Under the pieces are notes generated by a model that worked only from the letters and a program-made list of their open reading frames with translations, did not search any database and was not told the DNA's origin. From the human T2T-CHM13v2.0 reference genome, Homo sapiens: a stretch of 64,000 nucleotides of DNA. Location: the NCBI RefSeq assembly GCF_009914755.1, contig NC_060926.1; one strand, given 5' to 3'. Each line of letters opens with the position of its first letter. Position 1 is the stretch's first letter. Shown in pieces: positions 59,359 through 64,000 of this stretch. The position numbers and the translations under genes were made by a program.

Positions 59359-59462
59359 GTGCTCACTCTGGCAGCACATATACTAAAATTGGAATGATAC
59401 AGAGATTAGCATGGCCCCTGCACAAAGGATCACATGCAAATTTGTGAAGCATTCCATATTTT
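59359..59462 (+). pseudogene. Full-length U6 snRNA retrocopy (5' half of a U6/L1 chimera)
   Basis: gtgctcactctggcagcacatatactaaaattggaatgatacagag-attagcatggcccctgc...attccatatttt; 3-nt deletion at the ACAGAGA box, CpG decay, no upstream PSE/TATA. Confidence 0.96.
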
Positions 59463-59593
59463 ATGATGAATGTTTGAGAGATGAATATGTCAATTACCCT
59501 GATTTGATCAGTACACATTATATGCCTCTCAACATCACTATGTACCCCATAAACATGTACAATTACTATGTGCCAACTAAAAAATCTAAAAAA
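59463..59593 (+). mobile_element. L1MA-like extreme 3' end fused to U6
   Basis: tgtttgagagatgaatatgtcaattaccctgatttgatc...tgtaccccataaacatgtacaattactatgtg plus A-rich tail. Confidence 0.85.
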
Positions 59594-59869
59594 TGAAGAC
59601 ATACGCTTAGATATTTATAGATGAATATTGTCTAGAATTTGCTTCAAACCAATCTAGCAAGGGGAAGTGGTGGCCGAATGTGAGTGGGAGTAGAGACGAA
59701 ATAAAATTGGTTGAGTTGACAATTATGGAGTTTTAGTGGTGGATACATGAGGTGGTGGTGTGTTGATGATACTAGTCTCTCTATGTTTGTGTTTAGTTAA
59801 CATTTTCTGATATGTAAGTTTAAGAAGAAAGTGTCCCAGAGTGGACAATAAATATGGTCACTCTAGTTC

Positions 59870-60100
59870 AATGGTTCTCAACCTGGAGAGATTTTGTCCC
59901 CAGGGGACAGTTGGCAAGGTATGGTGGCCTTTTGGTCATCACAACTTGGTGGCGGAGGGGGGGATATGCTACTATTACCTATTGGATAAATGCCAAGTAT
60001 TGGTTTTTATTGCTAAAGGCTGCAATGCTCAGATTGCCCCCCACCCCAACAAAGAATTCTCTGGCTCAAAATGTCAATAGCACCAAGGGTTACACCCCAG
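59870..60100. mobile_element. MER20 DNA transposon
   Basis: tggttctcaacctgg..gattttgtccccaggggaca...aacaaagaatt..ctggctcaaaatgtcaatag. Confidence 0.85.
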
Positions 60101-63100
60101 GTTAGTGTAATGTCTGTGACTTACTTTAAAGCTCCATTGTATGAACAGAAGAGATAGTGTCTCTATGTGTGAGCTAATTGTAATGTATGCTCTAGGGTTG
60201 ATGAGTTAACACTTAAAGTAACTCACACCCTAGAAGTGGCTAGCAAAGGCTTCAAATATAGTTATTTAAATCTGCTCCCCAAAATTCATTAACTAGCATA
60301 AACAATATCCAGGTAATTTGTTGTTGGTGAAGTGAGTGATGTTCAAGAACTATATTCAGCTGGAAAGATGGTTTAGGCACCTATGTCTCTGCTTGAACAA
60401 GACAGAAGAATCCAGCAAACCTGGGTGCCTGACAAGCAGGGACTGGTGCTCTGGGTCTATTCCCATTTCATTCTGAGTCCCCTCTTGGCCTTGACGACTC
60501 TGTCTCCTGGCCCAGCCAGAAGCTCGGCTGGTCCCGCTGACAGAACATCGCCATATCTTTGAGCTACTGGACTTCCCATGTGAGTGCTTATCAGCATGCC
60601 TAGAGGTAGAGAAAGGTGATGCCCCAAGTTTAGTGGAGGGGCCAAATGACTATTTTTGTGACTATTTGCTAATAAAAGTATGTCGTTGTGGCAGAATATG
60701 GTCTGAAATTTACTTTCATTGTAACATATCTCCTTGTGGCAAGGGTGTGGGCCTGAAGACCCTTTCCCATCTTATCTTTGGGGTTTAGGAGACACTAATG
60801 TTTACCCTAAGAACTTGATCATCATTGAACAGCCAAGTTGGCTGAGATCAGGAAGATGATAACGGTAGTGTGTGTGTAGAGAACAAACTGAAGATGAGAT
60901 TAGAACCTTTGCCTTCTCCATGATCTGTGTATCTTTCTCATGTCTTCCAGGAACACCACATACCTCCCTAACACCACCACCATGTATCATTGAATAGCTA
61001 GACTGGCTGAGATAGAAAAAATAATACTGGAGGTGTGTGTAGAGGATAGATGGGAGAGGAGATTACAACTTTTTCACTCCTTTTAGGATCTCTCTAATAT
61101 CTTCCATACACCTGTCTGGCACCAACACCATGCATCACACGCACTTTTCCTGCCCCACCAGCGTCTCACCTATGTCCCCCGACAACTATATCTGTGGCTT
61201 CAACTATGGCCAGGAAGTGTCTCCTTGTGCCCGAGGCCTCTCAGGTGTGTCAGCAAGTAGGTAGGAGAGTCTCATGGCTCAGTCTGGCCTCAGAGGCTGG
61301 AATGTGTCATGGTGGCTGTGATTGGTTTCAGCTGCCTTTAGTCCACAGCCGGGCATGTCTTCCATCTCCAGCAGGAGCCAGGCAAGAGCAGGCTGCCTCT
61401 GTGTCCTAGAAAGCCAAGGTCCTCCCTGGGCATAGCTGACGCTGCGCACGTAGGGACAGGAGGACTGTCCCTGGAAGGTGAGAGTGGCTGGGAGGGCCAC
61501 ACAGGAGGCCTCATTTTCAGCCACCAACAGCTCAGGAGAAGTGAGTTTCTCAGAGGATATTCTGAGAGCCTGTTTGGATGAGGAGAGGCTGAGAAGGCAG
61601 GGGCCACTGGGCATTACAGTGAGGGCAGGTGTGAGTGGGTGTCCCCTAGGAAGGGGAAGGAAGGGTGGCATGCCAGCGAGGCAGGGAGAAGTTCCCGGGG
61701 CTGTCATCAGATGACCATTACCAATTTCAGTGTTCTGAGGAGGAACATTGCTGCCCTAGCCAGCTCTCATTGCACATTCATGCACACACAGATACAGAGA
61801 GACACACACACGTGCACACACGCGTGCTCACGCACACACACATACACACACGTACACATACACAGGTCACTGAGCCACATTCCTTGGCCACAAGGTCCTT
61901 TCTTTCCCAAGGTCTCAGATTGCGTGTCTGACACGGATTTTTCCTAGCTGCCTATCCCATGGTGTGCAGGCTCCCATGGGGCCCCACAAATGCCCCACAG
62001 GCCCCAGGGCAAGCTGCCCGACACCCGGAACTCTCCCTCAAGGTGCGGCTCTGAAGTAGACCAAAGAGCCCTCGCCAAGGGCTGGGACTCTTCCCAGGAG
62101 ACGAGTGCTCCTCCGACAGGGCCCTTAACAGGAGTCTGGCACCTGTCTCTATGGCTGTCTCTACTCAGTCCCAGCTAGTAGCAGCACCGTGGGGAAGCCT
62201 GGGGTAAGAGGCAGAAGGGGATTCTAGGCCTCTGATCTCTGCAACTCGCCCCCACCTAAACCATGCCAAATATACACACGCTGAAAAAAATCACACAAAT
62301 CAAACACAGTGTGCCGCTTCAAGGCCCTTTTCCCACCAACTGCCTCCTTGACCCTGCCTGTCTGGGGGTCCTGGAGCCACCTGGGTCTCAGCCATGGTGG
62401 TGCTGGGCTTCTGCCGGGCAGTGAACAGCTCATGCTCTCTCCTCATCCATCGAGGGCTCTCTGGGCCCAGGGACTGGGCTGGGCATTGTTGATCTCTGTC
62501 TTTCTAACAGCAAACTCAGCCCAGAGCCTCCTCACCACCCCTCTACCCACAGTGCTCAGAGAATGTCAGTGAACATGGGCAGCATTTAATTGCCTGGCAA
62601 GTTCAGATTTGCACCTTTGATCTGCAAGCCTGGCAGGGCTGGGTGATGGGAAGAACATGGCATTTGGGTGCAGATGAACCTGGGCTTGAAACCCAGCTTT
62701 GTCATTTCTATCTTGTGACCTTCAGTAGCTGCTTCACACGTAACATCCCTCTCCATCCCTCTCCTGAGCCCAGGTGTTCTCATCTGGGAAGTGGGGAAAG
62801 TCGTACCTAATTCACAGCAGAACATGTGAGTGTACAACCAGCCCAGCCCGTCATCTGGTGGCCATGAGCTGGGAGCCGTGATGAGTGTTTCAGTCTTGGT
62901 TCGGGGCGATGGGCCTAGTAAGCACTTTATATATATCCTAATCCTCCCAACAGTCCTATGAGGAGGGCACTATTATCATCATCAACTCCTTTGTACAGCC
63001 CAGGAAACTGAGGCACAGAGAGATTATGAAATTCGGCCAAGTTCACACAGCCCGTAAGTGACAGGGCTATGGTTTGACCCAAAGCTTTTGGACTCTGGGG

Positions 63101-64000
63101 CCCACCCTCATAGCTATGGTACTAAACTGCTGGGTGTTTACCCCAAAACAGGAAACCTACAAAGGGGTGTTCTTTGAGTCTATCAAAAATATTTACTGAG
63201 TTCCTCCTAAGGAATTAGGAGAGGTGGTCTCAGCCCCACTGCAGGCTGCTCTCTGTGGGGTCCTGGGGAGCGGCTCCGGCCCTGGGCCTGCTGGCAGAGC
63301 TTTGCTGAGACCTGGCAGAGGCAGCCCTGCCCTGTCACGTCTCCCTCCACAGCCCACTTGCCTGCCAGGGTGTTTGAACAATGATTAACCAGCAGCGGGC
63401 AGGCCAGTGCAGGCCAGGCTGGGCACGGCGGGTGAGCTCACCCCTTGCACAATGGTGGCCGCACCCGCCGCCCGCACCCACCACCCGACTCAGGGGCTGG
63501 CCCAGTGGGGCAGGGCCAGGCGGGCTCCCAGAAGCAAGAGACATGAAGCTGGAGGGAAACAAGGGACAGCCTAGCCAGATGTGCAGATGTGACTACAATC
63601 ACATTTGATGCCATCCTCCCACTCCAGCCCATGCAGACTCCAGCCCCTCTTGCCAGCCATCCATTGCTGGGATGAGACCAGCCTCAAGGGAGATGTTCCT
63701 CAAACAGTGTCACCTAAGCCTGTCCCAAGCTGCTCCTGCCACAGAGCATCAGACTCCAGACTGGACTAGAGGACGCAGGAGGACCCGCCCACCCAGGCCC
63801 ATGACAGACAGGGAGCCACGCCTCAGGCCCCTCCTCCCCTTTCTCCATGAACCCTCTGAGCCTTGTGGAGCCCGGTCTCTGGCCCTGGCTGCTCGGGGAA
63901 GCACAGGCATGTGCCCATACCCACACCAGCCCCTGGGCCCCTCCCTGGGAGCATCCGGGGTCTCAAGCGCCAGAGCCTGCATGGTGGTGGTGGTGGAGAA

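Noticed and set aside
59359-59462. Functional U6 snRNA gene
   Set aside because: Damaged ACAGAGA box, CpG decay, no external PSE/TATA promoter, and fusion to L1

Overview
Primate, very probably human, euchromatic genomic DNA: Alu J/S/Y, L1M, L2, MIR, MaLR and MER repeats lie between GC-rich unique tracts. I cannot support any intact protein-coding gene, and the computed ORFs are almost all by-products of simple repeats, Alus or GC content. Firm features are: (1) a full-length processed RPS16 pseudogene on the minus strand (about 38747-39665), split by an Alu; (2) a tight cluster at 58.6-59.6 kb of an Alu, a 7SL pseudogene and a U6/L1 chimeric retrocopy; (3) a 42-bp VNTR at 1385-1728; (4) two long CA-rich low-complexity tracts; (5) several solo LTRs with readable target-site duplications (TSDs). 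The most unusual signals are traces of template switching: a patchwork of inverted self-copies inside the 7SL pseudogene and a 46-bp inverted copy of unique DNA about 820 bp from its source. There are also a triplicated Alu 5' end and several exon-like segments that could belong to unrecognised spliced transcripts. I found no evidence of a wholly new biological system. Repeat subfamily names come from recalled consensus sequences, boundaries are approximate unless a TSD is quoted, and I could not identify the locus.
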